From the NCBI GenBank assembly GCA_044220955.1, contig JBGAQA010000010.1, positions 58,100 to 114,462 on the forward strand: a stretch of DNA of 56,363 nucleotides, read 5' to 3'. A program made the position numbers and the translations under genes. Below, one piece after another: positions 1 to 9,668 of this stretch; within the stretch, counting starts at the first letter, position 1, and every line of letters starts with the position of its first letter. The DNA is from Sandaracinaceae bacterium (lineage in GTDB: Bacteria; Myxococcota_A; Polyangia; Polyangiales; Sandaracinaceae). Below the pieces are notes generated by a model. That model searched no databases. It saw only the letters and a list, made by a program, of their open reading frames with translations, and was not told the DNA's origin.

Positions 1-10
1 CTGCCGAACT

Positions 11-2422
11 TCACCGCGCATACCGCGCGAGCACCGCCGGCAGCAGCACGAGCTGTGCGATCAGCGCCAGGCCGATCGCGACCGCGCTCAGCTCGCCGAA
101 CAGCCGCACGGGCTCGAACGCCGAGAAGAGGAGCGCGCCGTAGCCGATCAGCAGCGTGAGCGACGAGAGCAGGACGCCGCGGCCGCTCGTCTCCATCGTC
201 CGCAGCATCACCTCGTGCGACGTGCCGCCGCGCTCCTGCTCCTCGCGGAAGCGCGCGATGACGTGCGTCGCGCCGTCCACGAGCAGGCCGGCCGTGACCG
301 TGAACACGATCACCGTGGCCGCGTGGAGCGGGATCCCACGCAGCACCATGTACGCGAGCGTCATCGCGAGCGGGAGCAGGTTCGGCGGGATCGAGAGCAG
401 GCCGAGGCGCACGCTGCGGAAGAGCAGCATCATCACCACGAAGATCACGGCGATCGCGCTGGTGAAGCTGCCGAGCGAGCTGACGATCCGGTCGAGGCCG
501 CGCGAGGCGTCGTAGGCCTCGCCCGCGAACGCGACGCGGAGGTGCTGCACCGCCGCCTGCGCGCGGATGCGCTCGAGCATCGCGAGGATCCGCGCGGCGC
601 CGCGGTCGGCGAGGCAGACCTCGATGCGCGCCGTGCGGCCGTCCGGCGAGAGCAGGCGTGCGAGCGGGTCCGTGCCGCCGCCGTGCGTGAGGAGGCCGAG
701 CATTCCCTCGACCTCCGCGTCGGAGTGGAAGGGCTCGCCGCGGCTCGCGTCGTCGAGGTCGACCAGCGCACGCGCCGAGAGCGCGAGATCGGACGCGGCG
801 CCCGCGCGCAGGACTCCGTCCTCGGCCGCGACGGTGGCCCTCAGTGCGCGCAGTCGCTCGAGCCCGGACGCGGTGCGGAAGGTGCGTCCGTCATCGCTCT
901 CGCCGGCGCGCACCTCGATCGAGAGGCGACGCACACCGTCGAGCTCGCGCTCCAGCAGATGCGTGACGCGCGCGACGTCCGAGCCGGCCGCGAACTGGTC
1001 GAGCAGGGTGCTGTCGACCACCACGCCCCGCGCGATCGCGAGCGAGCCTGCGAAGAGCAGGACCGACGCCGCGATCGTCACGCGCGGGCGAGCCGCCGCG
1101 CCGCGCGCCAGCCAGCCGATCGCGCGATCGAGCACGTCGGGCGCCTTGCTGCGCGAGACGGCGCGCGGGCGGAACGAGGGCAGCATCGTAGGCACGAAGA
1201 GCACGGTCACGGCGTAGGCGATCATGCTCGCGACGCCCGCGACGAGCCCGAAGCGGCGCAGCGCCGGTGTGTCGGAGGGCACCAGCGCGAGGAAGCCGAT
1301 CGCGGTCGTGAACGTCGTCACGAAGCACGCGAGCCACATCGCGCGCAGCGTGCTGGCCGCGGCCTTCTCGCGGTCCCCGCCGAGCTCGGCGAGCTCGTCC
1401 TCGTAGCGCAGCACCATGTGCACGGCCTCGGCGAGGCCGATCGTGACGAGCAAGGGCGGGATCATGTTCGTCAGGAGATCGAGCGGCACGTGCGCGAGCG
1501 CCATGCCGCCGACGCTGAGCACGACCGTGATCCCGACGGTCCCCAGCGGGAGCACGACGCCGGCGACGCTCCGCAGCCCGAGGACGAGCACGAGCAGGCT
1601 GCCGAGCGCCGCCAGACCGATCAGGAGCAGCTGGTCGGCGTGCAGCGCGTCCAGCATCACCACGCGCAGCGCCGGAAGGCCCGAGAGCGAGGCGTGCGCG
1701 CCCGGCGGAGGCGGGTTGCTCGCGAGCCGGGCGAGCGCCCGCCGGACGAGCGCGTCGTTCCCCGTGGTGGAGGGCATGGCCGCGAGGATCGCGACCCGCC
1801 GGTCGTCGCTGGCGAGCCGCCGCTCGAGGAGCGGCTCGGCGCGCAGGCGCTGGTCGAGCCGTGAAGCGTCGTCGGCCCTCACTTCTCGATCGAGCGGCAG
1901 CAGCGGGCGCACGACGACGCGGTGCAGGCCGCGCTCGGAGAGCGACATCAGCCCGAGCGGGAAGCGCACGGGGTCGGCGCCGACGATCGCGGCGATCGCC
2001 TCCGCCTCCTCGGGCGATCCGATCACGGGCGCGCTCTCGTCGCCGAGCGTGTCGAGCGTCGCGTCGTCGCCCGTGTCGACGTCCTCGGTGAACGGAAGCG
2101 CGGTGGTCGTGGGCCCCTCGACGTGCGTGACGCCGGGCATCGCCGCGAGCGCGCGCGCCGTGCGGTGCAGCCAGTCGAGGTGCGGCAGATCGAGGACGCT
2201 CGCCCCCGGCGCCGCCTCGAGGACCACCACGAGCGGCGTCTCGTCCGGCCCCAGCTCGCGCGCGATCCGGTCGGCGTCCGCCCGCGCCGCGGCGTCCGGC
2301 GCGACGAGATCCTCGGGCGCGAAGCGCGCCTCGAGCGAGGGGATCGCCGTCGCGAAGCCCGCCGTGACCGCGAGGAGCGTGAGGACGACGAGCTTGCGCG
2401 CGGACACGAGCCGCGTGATCAC
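11..2422 (-). CDS. MMPL/RND family lipid transporter (HpnN/BstA-like architecture), ~803 aa
   Basis: Two repeats of 1 TM + periplasmic domain + 5 TM; segments TTFTTAIGFLAL, LLSIPPNLLP, GLLVDGATH. The GTG at 2422 overlaps the upstream TGA (GTGA), so the ORF-track extension to 3505 is shadow sequence. Confidence 0.85.
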   Translation of the reverse strand: MITRLVSARKLVVLTLLAVTAGFATAIPSLEARFAPEDLVAPDAAARADADRIARELGPDETPLVVVLEAAPGASVLDLPHLDWLHRTARALAAMPGVTHVEGPTTTALPFTEDVDTGDDATLDTLGDESAPVIGSPEEAEAIAAIVGADPVRFPLGLMSLSERGLHRVVVRPLLPLDREVRADDASRLDQRLRAEPLLERRLASDDRRVAILAAMPSTTGNDALVRRALARLASNPPPPGAHASLSGLPALRVVMLDALHADQLLLIGLAALGSLLVLVLGLRSVAGVVLPLGTVGITVVLSVGGMALAHVPLDLLTNMIPPLLVTIGLAEAVHMVLRYEDELAELGGDREKAAASTLRAMWLACFVTTFTTAIGFLALVPSDTPALRRFGLVAGVASMIAYAVTVLFVPTMLPSFRPRAVSRSKAPDVLDRAIGWLARGAAARPRVTIAASVLLFAGSLAIARGVVVDSTLLDQFAAGSDVARVTHLLERELDGVRRLSIEVRAGESDDGRTFRTASGLERLRALRATVAAEDGVLRAGAASDLALSARALVDLDDASRGEPFHSDAEVEGMLGLLTHGGGTDPLARLLSPDGRTARIEVCLADRGAARILAMLERIRAQAAVQHLRVAFAGEAYDASRGLDRIVSSLGSFTSAIAVIFVVMMLLFRSVRLGLLSIPPNLLPLAMTLAYMVLRGIPLHAATVIVFTVTAGLLVDGATHVIARFREEQERGGTSHEVMLRTMETSGRGVLLSSLTLLIGYGALLFSAFEPVRLFGELSAVAIGLALIAQLVLLPAVLARYAR

Positions 2423-4785
2423 GGACTCCACTCTTCGTCCCAGCCCTCGTCCGGCGTGTCGTCCGCGAAGCCGTCCTCCGTCGACTCCGCGTCTGCGTCC
2501 TCCGCGGCGAGGCGGGCGAGCGGCACGGTCGAGAAGAACTGGATCTGCGGGATCGCCGCGACGGCTCCCTCCGTGGTGCGCGCCGGAGGTGGCGCGTCGC
2601 CCTCGCGGTGGAACGCGAGCGTCTCCGCCTCCGCCACGCCGTACGCGACGGCGGCCTCGTCGTATCGACCGCGCGCACCGCAGATGCGCACGAAGCTCGC
2701 GATGCGATTCCGGAACGCGCGCGGGATCTCGCCTCGCTCGTACATCTCGTGGAACGCCGGCGGGTTCGGGAGGATCAGCGCGAGGAAGGCGCTCTCGGCG
2801 GGGGAGAGATCGGCCGGCGCGCGCCCGAAGTAGTGCTCGGCCGCGTGGCGGATCCCGTACACGCCGGGACCGTACTCGATCACGTTCAGATAGAGCTCGA
2901 GGATCCGCTCCTTCTCCATGCGCGTCTCGGTCCACCAGGTGAGGAGCACCTCCTGGATCTTGCGCGCGAGCGTCTTCTCGCGGTGGAGGAACACGTTCTT
3001 GACGAGCTGCATCGTGATCGTCGAGCCACCGGCGACGTAGCGGCCCGCCGTGAGGTCGCGGATCAGGGCCTCGCGGATGGCCCAGGGCGCGAAGCCCGCG
3101 TGCTCGAAGAAGCTCGCGTCCTCGTGCGCGAGCACCGCGTGTACGAGGAAGGGACTGATCTCGGAGATCGGCGTCCACGCCTCGGTGCCGGGGCCCGTCG
3201 TCATCTGGAACGTCGTGCCGTCCGGCTCCTCGACGTGGTGATCGAAGGAGCCCTCGAAGCGTGCCGTGTCGGCCATCGCCGGCCACGAGGTGAACGTGCA
3301 CGCGTCGGCCACGTGGATGCGGAGCGTGGTGCGAGCCAGGTCGCGCGAGTCCACGTGCGCCTCGATCGAGGCCGCGAGGTCGCCCACGAGGTGGAACGAT
3401 GCGGTGTCGCCGAGCAGGTCGTGCGGGATCGCGTGCACCGCGTCCTCGCAGCGCGTCGAGGGCAGGCTCGCGCGGCCGTCGAAGAGGTAGTGGTCGTCCG
3501 TCCATTCGATGGTCCCGCCCAGCGTCGCCTGCGCCGCGCCCATCGTCAGCGCGAGGGACGACACCGTCACGCGGTCCGCGCTGGGAGTGACGTCGGCTGC
3601 GCCGTGCAGCGAGAACGCGATGTGGCGGACGGGGTCGGCCGCGATGCGGTGGTGGGAGAGCGCGAGATCCTCCACCGCGAGCGTGCCCTCGGCGTGGACG
3701 GCGTCGGCGCTGGCGTTCGTCAGCACGAGGTGACCGCTCACGTGCGCGCGCTCGGGCTCGCTGAAGGGGATCGCGTCGGGCAGGAAGGGCACGAACGCCG
3801 CGAGCGCGACGCGATCGAAGGTGACCGTTCCGCTCGCGGTGGGTGTCGCGAGCGCGACGTCGAGGCTCCAGGAGAGGGAGCCGCCACCCTCCGGGTGTCC
3901 CTCACCCTCGGTGGCGTAGGCGCGCTCGCCGGTGCGCCGGACGGATGCTCGCAGGCCTCGGACGACGTCGTGGGGCGCGCCGTCGATCGTACGGCGCACG
4001 GTGAGGTCGTCGACGGACGCGAGGAACGTCGCGTCGAGTCGCCGCTCGATCGCCGCGATCCGATCGCGCGTGCCCTCGCCGTGCCCGGCCCCCGCGCCGG
4101 GCTCGCCGCGCATCGCGGCTCGGATGCGCGAGAGCGGTCCCTCGCCGCCGGCGGCGTCCGCGGAGACGACGACGTGCCCGAGCGCCACTCGCGCCAGGCG
4201 GAGCTCACCGTCCGAGCGCAGGGCGTCGATCTCCCCGTGGTCGATCGCGTCGTCGCCGAGCGCGACGTCGTCGAGCACCAGGGAGAGCGCGCTCCCATCC
4301 CATCGGGCCTCCGCGCTCCGGACGCCGACCAGCTCGTCCTGCCCCGCGCGGAGCGAGAGCGCGACGTCGTGGACCGCGATCACGCGTCCGCTCGCGCCGC
4401 TCGCTTCACCCGTCCCGCTCGCGTGCACGCCGCGGGCCGCCACCCACCGCGGCAGGTCGACCGAGACACGCCCGCCGGCCGCCGCGACCGCCGTCACCGC
4501 GTGCGCGCCTTCGGTCATCAGGCCGAAGAGCGAGGCGTGCACGGTCGCGTGCGCGAGACGCACGTCCAGCTCCGGGCTCGTGACCACGACCTCGTCGAGG
4601 TTGATGGTGGCGAGCCCGACGTGCGCGGCCGCGATGCTCACGTGCGCGGCCGGACCGAGCCTCGCCGCCAGCGCGTCCTCGGCGCGGGAGCGCGCGTAGG
4701 CCGGGACCGCGAGGCCGATCCCCACCGCGACGAGCGCGGAGAGGACGACCGTGAGCGCGAGGCGCGACCGGAAGGAGCGCAGCAA
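2419..4785 (-). CDS. Peptidoglycan transglycosylase (GT51) domain protein with a long N-terminal extension
   Basis: GT51 motifs HEDASF, GGSTITMQLVKN, RKIQE, KERILELYLN; N-terminal signal/TM segment; no transpeptidase domain. Confidence 0.85.
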   Translation of the reverse strand: MLRSFRSRLALTVVLSALVAVGIGLAVPAYARSRAEDALAARLGPAAHVSIAAAHVGLATINLDEVVVTSPELDVRLAHATVHASLFGLMTEGAHAVTAVAAAGGRVSVDLPRWVAARGVHASGTGEASGASGRVIAVHDVALSLRAGQDELVGVRSAEARWDGSALSLVLDDVALGDDAIDHGEIDALRSDGELRLARVALGHVVVSADAAGGEGPLSRIRAAMRGEPGAGAGHGEGTRDRIAAIERRLDATFLASVDDLTVRRTIDGAPHDVVRGLRASVRRTGERAYATEGEGHPEGGGSLSWSLDVALATPTASGTVTFDRVALAAFVPFLPDAIPFSEPERAHVSGHLVLTNASADAVHAEGTLAVEDLALSHHRIAADPVRHIAFSLHGAADVTPSADRVTVSSLALTMGAAQATLGGTIEWTDDHYLFDGRASLPSTRCEDAVHAIPHDLLGDTASFHLVGDLAASIEAHVDSRDLARTTLRIHVADACTFTSWPAMADTARFEGSFDHHVEEPDGTTFQMTTGPGTEAWTPISEISPFLVHAVLAHEDASFFEHAGFAPWAIREALIRDLTAGRYVAGGSTITMQLVKNVFLHREKTLARKIQEVLLTWWTETRMEKERILELYLNVIEYGPGVYGIRHAAEHYFGRAPADLSPAESAFLALILPNPPAFHEMYERGEIPRAFRNRIASFVRICGARGRYDEAAVAYGVAEAETLAFHREGDAPPPARTTEGAVAAIPQIQFFSTVPLARLAAEDADAESTEDGFADDTPDEGWDEEWSP

Positions 4786-4838
4786 AGCGGCCCACTTTAG
4801 ACACGATCGCGCGGCCGTGCTCGTGGTAGGCCACCCCC

Positions 4839-5561
4839 ATGCAACCGGGAAAGCACCGCGAGAAAGTCCGCGCTTCGATCGAGGAGGCGCTCGAGGGGGT
4901 GCGCGACGGCGCGCGGATCATGGTCGGCGGCTTCGGGCTCTCGGGCAACGCGGAGCGGCTGATCGCCGGCGTCGTGAAGCGCGGCGTGAAGGATCTGACG
5001 CTCATCTCGAACAACGCGGGCAACCTCGGTAAGGGCCTGAACGCGTGGCTGGAGGCCGGCATCGTGCGGCGCTTCGTCGGCTCTTACATCGGAACGAACG
5101 AGGCGCTTCACCGCGCGATGGCCGGGGGCACCGTCGAGGTCGAGATGACGCCGCAGGGGACGTTCATCGAGCGCATCCGCGCCGCGGGCGCGGGCATCCC
5201 CGCGTTCTTCACGCCGACCGGCGCGGGCACCGTCGTCGCGGACGGGAAAGAGGTGCGCCTCTTCGATGGAGTCGAGCACGTCCTCGAGCACGCCCTGCAC
5301 GCCGACTTCGCCCTCGTGCGTGCCAAGAAGGCCGACCCGTTCGGCAATCTTCGCTTCTACCGCACTGCTCGGAACTTCTCGCCGATCATGTGCACCGCCG
5401 CCGCGCACACACTCGTCGAGTGCGACGAGCTCGTGCCGCTCGGGGCGATCGATCCCGACGACGTGCACCTGCCGGGCATCTTCGTCTCGTCGATCGTGCA
5501 CGTGCCCGTCCACGAGGACGCCTTCGAGTACAAGACGTCGCGCAAGCGGGCGGTGAGCTGA
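4839..5561 (+). CDS. 3-oxoacid CoA-transferase subunit A (ScoA/AtoD family)
   Basis: MVGGFGLSG, ISNNAG, PQGTFIERIRAAGAGIPAFFTPTG, GNL, TARNF. Confidence 0.92.
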   Translation: MQPGKHREKVRASIEEALEGVRDGARIMVGGFGLSGNAERLIAGVVKRGVKDLTLISNNAGNLGKGLNAWLEAGIVRRFVGSYIGTNEALHRAMAGGTVEVEMTPQGTFIERIRAAGAGIPAFFTPTGAGTVVADGKEVRLFDGVEHVLEHALHADFALVRAKKADPFGNLRFYRTARNFSPIMCTAAAHTLVECDELVPLGAIDPDDVHLPGIFVSSIVHVPVHEDAFEYKTSRKRAVS

Positions 5562-5563
5562 TC

Positions 5564-6196
5564 ATGCCCTGGAACAAGGAACAGATGGCCGAGCGCGCCG
5601 CGAAGGAGATCGCGGCCGGGACGATCGTGAACCTGGGGATCGGCCTGCCGACGCTCGTCGCGGACTATCTCCCCGAGGGCCTCGGCGTGTGGTTCCACAG
5701 CGAGAACGGGCTGCTCGGGATGGGGCCCTTCCCCTTCGAGGGCGAGGAGGACTCGCAGATCATCAACGCCGGCAAGCAGACGGTCACCATCGTGCCCGGC
5801 GGATCGATCTTCGACTCGGCGGCGTCCTTCGGGATGATCCGCGGTGGTCACGTGGACCTCGCCATCCTCGGTGCGATGCAGGTCGGCGCGAACGGGGATC
5901 TGGCGAACTGGGCGATCCCCGGCGGCAAGGTCATGGGCATCGGCGGCGCGATGGACCTCGCGTCGGGTGCGCGCCGCATCCTCGTGATGACGACCCACAC
6001 CACGAAAGAAGGAGAGCCGAAGCTCGTCGCCAGGTGCGACTACCCGCTGACCGCGAAGGGCTGCGTCGACCGGATCATCACGGAGCTGGCGGTGATCGAC
6101 GTGGCGCCGGAGGGTGGGTTCCGGCTGGTCGAGCTCGCGCCCGGGGTGGAGGAGCGAGAGGTGATCGCCAAGACGGGGGCGCCTCTCGCTCGGTGA
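5564..6196 (+). CDS. 3-oxoacid CoA-transferase subunit B (ScoB/AtoA family), 210 aa
   Basis: VNLGIGLPT, catalytic SENG, GAMQV, GGAMDL; ATG 2 nt after the subunit A stop. Confidence 0.92.
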   Translation: MPWNKEQMAERAAKEIAAGTIVNLGIGLPTLVADYLPEGLGVWFHSENGLLGMGPFPFEGEEDSQIINAGKQTVTIVPGGSIFDSAASFGMIRGGHVDLAILGAMQVGANGDLANWAIPGGKVMGIGGAMDLASGARRILVMTTHTTKEGEPKLVARCDYPLTAKGCVDRIITELAVIDVAPEGGFRLVELAPGVEEREVIAKTGAPLAR

Positions 6197-6214
6197 GCGA
6201 GGACCGGGGTCGTC

Positions 6215-6273
6215 GCTGAGGAATGCAGGAATGCAGGAGTGGGGCTCGCTCCTGCATTCCTGCATTCCTCAGC
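6215..6273. repeat. Perfect 25-bp inverted repeat (hairpin) between convergent genes; terminator- or REP-like
   Basis: GCTGAGGAATGCAGGAATGCAGGAG (6215-6239) and CTCCTGCATTCCTGCATTCCTCAGC (6249-6273) with a 9-nt spacer; each arm holds tandem GGAATGCA units. Confidence 0.85.
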
Positions 6274-6456
6274 AATGAACAAGTTCGCGTGCGCGCGCTG
6301 CGTCCGCGCCGCCCAGGGCGCGAGCGGCGGCGGGTCGTCGCGGTTGCCGATGCCGTACCCGATCCCCGCCTTCGCCATCCGGCTCGTGCCCGGGAGCATC
6401 TGCAGCACGAAGGCGAGCAGGCCGAGCGCGAGCAGGACGGCGAGGTCAGTGCTCAA
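6274..6456 (-). pseudogene. Truncated MAPEG-family membrane protein (N-terminal ~60 aa only)
   Basis: TM helix followed by GNRDDPPPLAPWAARTQRAHANL, typical of MAPEG proteins; the resemblance ends where the 25-bp inverted repeat begins. Confidence 0.6.
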
Positions 6457-7237
6457 GGATCCTGGCGCTCACGATGTAGTCGAGCTCGGGGAACTCCGCG
6501 CGCAGGTACGTGTTGCCCTCGGAGACCAGGCGCGACTGCACCGGGCCGTGGCCCGCCGGCGCGCCCTCGCCGTAGCCGTGATAGAGCGCGTCGACGTGCG
6601 TCATGTCCCGCACGCGGCCGAAGGGCGAGAAGCCCATCGCGTCCAGGCGCGTGTTGTCGACCAGGTTGATGAAGAACTGCGTCGTGCGGGTGTTCGGCCC
6701 CGCCGTCGCGAAGCTCACGAAGCCGCGCGTGTTGTGCTGCACGTTCGCCGGGTCGTCGGGGATGTTCGCGTGCTGCCACGCGCGCGACACCGTCGGGTTC
6801 CCGTGGATCCCGCACTGCGCCATGAAGCCGTCGATGACCCGGAAGAACGCGACGTCCGTGAAGAAGCCGTTCTGCACGAGGTTGTAGAAGCGGTCGGCTC
6901 CGTTCGGAGCCCACGCGCGCGTGACGTCGATGATCACGGCGCCCTCGGTCGTCGTGAGCTCGACCGCGAACGTGTCCGGCGCGCGCGCGGTGAGCGCCGC
7001 GGGGCTCATCAGCCGGGGGTCCGCTGGCGCCGGGATCACCGGACCGGACGGCGGAGGCGTCGGGGGCGGCGTGACGGTGACCGTGCCCGACGAGGGCGGC
7101 GGCGGGGGCGTCGGCGCCGTCGTCGTGCGTGGTTGTGCGGACGCGCGCGGCCGGAACCGCGGCTCCTCGCCGCCGCTGCACGCCACCACCGCCACGAGAG
7201 AGAGGAAGGCGAAGACGAAGGTCGATGTGGTGCGCAT
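6446..7237 (-). CDS. Cyclophilin-type peptidyl-prolyl cis-trans isomerase, lipoprotein
   Basis: Lipobox VVAC, Pro-rich linker, FFRVIDGFMAQCG, SFATAGPNTRTTQFFINL, GFSPFG. Confidence 0.92.
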   Translation of the reverse strand: MRTTSTFVFAFLSLVAVVACSGGEEPRFRPRASAQPRTTTAPTPPPPPSSGTVTVTPPPTPPPSGPVIPAPADPRLMSPAALTARAPDTFAVELTTTEGAVIIDVTRAWAPNGADRFYNLVQNGFFTDVAFFRVIDGFMAQCGIHGNPTVSRAWQHANIPDDPANVQHNTRGFVSFATAGPNTRTTQFFINLVDNTRLDAMGFSPFGRVRDMTHVDALYHGYGEGAPAGHGPVQSRLVSEGNTYLRAEFPELDYIVSARILEH

Positions 7238-7293
7238 GGACGTCGTGGATCATCCAGCTCCTGGGCCTCTGGCCCGGAGCCTCTGGGTCGGGA

Positions 7294-9561
7294 TCAGAAC
7301 TTGAAGGTGAAGCCGAGGCGGGGATAGATCTGGATGTCCTGGGCGTCGGCGATGAAGCCGCCCAGCACACGGCGCGAGGGTGCCGTCTGGCCGAGGATGC
7401 CCTCGAAGATCACCCACACGCCCCAGTTCCGGTCGACGTTGAACTCGACCGCGCCGCCGAAGCGGGCGCGCGCCATGTCTTGACGTCGCTGCTCGCAGGT
7501 GAGGCCGGTCCCGGCGACGCCCATGGCGGGCGCGCCGGGCGCCGCGTCCGTGCACACGGGGTTGCCCATCGTGCCGCCGGGCTCGTACTCGAGGTACACG
7601 TGCTCGCTGCGCGGGTGGCCCGGGTACTCGTCGCTGGTGATGTCGAGCCCGAGCCAGAGCGTGACCGTCGCGACCGGCTCGAGCAGCAGGCTGACGTCGC
7701 CCTCGAGCGAGAAGAACGCCGTGTTGACGGGGTAGCCCATCTGCTGGGTGTTCGGCAACGCGCAGGGGACGATGTTCTGTTCGTTGTTCGTCCCCATGGG
7801 ACCCGAGCCCGAGCCGATCGCGCCGCACGACCCGGCGCTCTGAAAGCCCGGCCGCGAGAGCGCGACGCTCGGCCCGATGCCGCCGCCGAAGCGGGCCTGC
7901 GCGCCGAGCGCGATCTGGCGGATGACGCGCGCGCCGAAGCGGACGCGGCCCTCGAACTCCGTGAGGCGTCCGAACGAGCGCACGGCGAAGCCCGCGTCGA
8001 AGAGCTCGTGCAGGCCGATGCCGAGGCGCGCCTCGATCAGGTAGGGCCAGCCGAGCGAGGCGTCGATCCACGGGTGGTTGACGGGCGTCGGGAGCGCCGA
8101 GTGCGTGGTCGACGACGCGCTCGCCTGCACGCTGCTGTCGACGAGGTCCGCGTCGATCGTGATGTCACCGCCGCCGAGCTCGACGACGAGCTGCCGGCGG
8201 TAGGTCTCGTGGCCGACGGCCGCGACCGTGATGACGTGGTTGCCGACCGGGATGCGGCCCTCGTAGGGCGCCGGGCCGACCTCGGCGTCGTCGACGCTCA
8301 CCGTCGCGCCGCCCTCGACGGGGTGCTGCAGGGTCACGTGGAGCGCCACGCGCTGCGCGGTCATCGTGACCTCGCGGCTGCAGTCGGCCGCGTCGTCGGT
8401 GCCGGAGGTGTTGTTGCACGTGAACGTGACGTCCTCGTAGCCCTCGGCGCGGACGATGACCGCGTGCGCGCCCGCCGGGACGTCGGCCGCGACGTAAGGC
8501 GCCTGGTGCGCCTCGCCGCCGTCGACGACGACCGTCGCGCCCGTCGCGCCCGTGACCGTGATGCTGACCGGCAGCGGCGGCGCGTTCATGTGCGCGCGCA
8601 CGCTCGTGGTCTGGCCCGCCGTGACGGTGACCTCTTGCTCGAAGGTGTCGTACCCGGGCGCGAGCACCTGGACGACGTAGGTGCCGGCGGCGAGTCCGTC
8701 GCGCGAGTAGACGCCTGCCCCGAGCGAGGTCCCGTTGATGCGGACCTCGGCGCCGGGCGCCTCGGTGATCACCGCGATCGAGCCGGTGGTCGGCGCGGTA
8801 GAGACCGGCCTCACCGTCGCGTGCACCTCTGCGCGCTGGCCCTGCTGGACGAGGATCGTCTGCGTGTAGGGCGGCACGCCCTCGGCGCGGATCTCGATCG
8901 TGTGCGTGCCGATCGGCACGTTGTCGAGGACCGTGGTCGTCGCCATGCCGGTGCTCACGCCGTCGAGGTAGATCGGCGCGCCGCGCACGTCGGCATCGAC
9001 CAGGATGGAGCCGGTGGTCGGGGCCGCGCGCTCGAGCATCGCGGTCACGCGCACGGTCTGTCCGCCCTGGACGTCGACCCACTGCTCGAAGTCGACGAAG
9101 CCCTCGTGCGAGGCGTGGACCTGGTGGCGGCCGGGCGGCAGTGAGTCGACGCGGACCGGCAGGCTGCCGAGGGGAGTTCCGACCGGCTGGCCGTCGATCG
9201 TCACGGACGCGCCACGCGCGCCCTCGTTGCCGGCCGAGACCTCGATCGTGCCGAGCGCGCGCAGCACGGCGCGGAACGTCTCGCGGCGGCGCGCGACGGT
9301 GATCTGCATGCGCGCCTCCTCGAAGTTCGGCATGCGGAAGATCAGGGTGTGGGCGCCCGTCGGGACGCGCGCCGCCGTGATCGGCGTGACGCCGAGCGGA
9401 GTGCCCTCGGGGTTGTCGAGGTACACCGTCGCGCCCGCGGGCTCCGAAACGATGTTCACGGGGATCCCGAGCCGGGTCTGCGCGACCGCGGGCGAGGACC
9501 CGAGCGCGAAGAGCATGAATGCTGCGGCCGCGAGCGTTGTACGAGCGAGCACGTTGCGCAT
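7294..9561 (-). CDS. PEGA-repeat exported protein with probable C-terminal beta-barrel, ~755 aa
   Basis: Signal peptide (..PAVA-Q); repeated SEPAGATVYLD / GAPIYLDG / PGAEVRING PEGA-like units; C-terminus RLGFTFKF; AGAGGGG RBS upstream of ATG 9561. Confidence 0.8.
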   Translation of the reverse strand: MRNVLARTTLAAAAFMLFALGSSPAVAQTRLGIPVNIVSEPAGATVYLDNPEGTPLGVTPITAARVPTGAHTLIFRMPNFEEARMQITVARRRETFRAVLRALGTIEVSAGNEGARGASVTIDGQPVGTPLGSLPVRVDSLPPGRHQVHASHEGFVDFEQWVDVQGGQTVRVTAMLERAAPTTGSILVDADVRGAPIYLDGVSTGMATTTVLDNVPIGTHTIEIRAEGVPPYTQTILVQQGQRAEVHATVRPVSTAPTTGSIAVITEAPGAEVRINGTSLGAGVYSRDGLAAGTYVVQVLAPGYDTFEQEVTVTAGQTTSVRAHMNAPPLPVSITVTGATGATVVVDGGEAHQAPYVAADVPAGAHAVIVRAEGYEDVTFTCNNTSGTDDAADCSREVTMTAQRVALHVTLQHPVEGGATVSVDDAEVGPAPYEGRIPVGNHVITVAAVGHETYRRQLVVELGGGDITIDADLVDSSVQASASSTTHSALPTPVNHPWIDASLGWPYLIEARLGIGLHELFDAGFAVRSFGRLTEFEGRVRFGARVIRQIALGAQARFGGGIGPSVALSRPGFQSAGSCGAIGSGSGPMGTNNEQNIVPCALPNTQQMGYPVNTAFFSLEGDVSLLLEPVATVTLWLGLDITSDEYPGHPRSEHVYLEYEPGGTMGNPVCTDAAPGAPAMGVAGTGLTCEQRRQDMARARFGGAVEFNVDRNWGVWVIFEGILGQTAPSRRVLGGFIADAQDIQIYPRLGFTFKF

Positions 9562-9668
9562 GAAAAGCCCCTCTTTGCGAGTCCCCGGATAGCGCGAACC
9601 TGCCGGGTGCGGCAAGCCGGAACGCCCGGGGCGTCCGCGCTCACGGTGAAGTTCTCCGATTATCGAGC

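Noticed and set aside
2423..3505. N-terminal extension of the MMPL ORF, and likewise of the PEGA (to 10809) and prenyl synthase (to 11297) ORFs
   Set aside because: These are alternative-frame overlaps of the upstream genes; better starts with an RBS or stop/start overlap exist.
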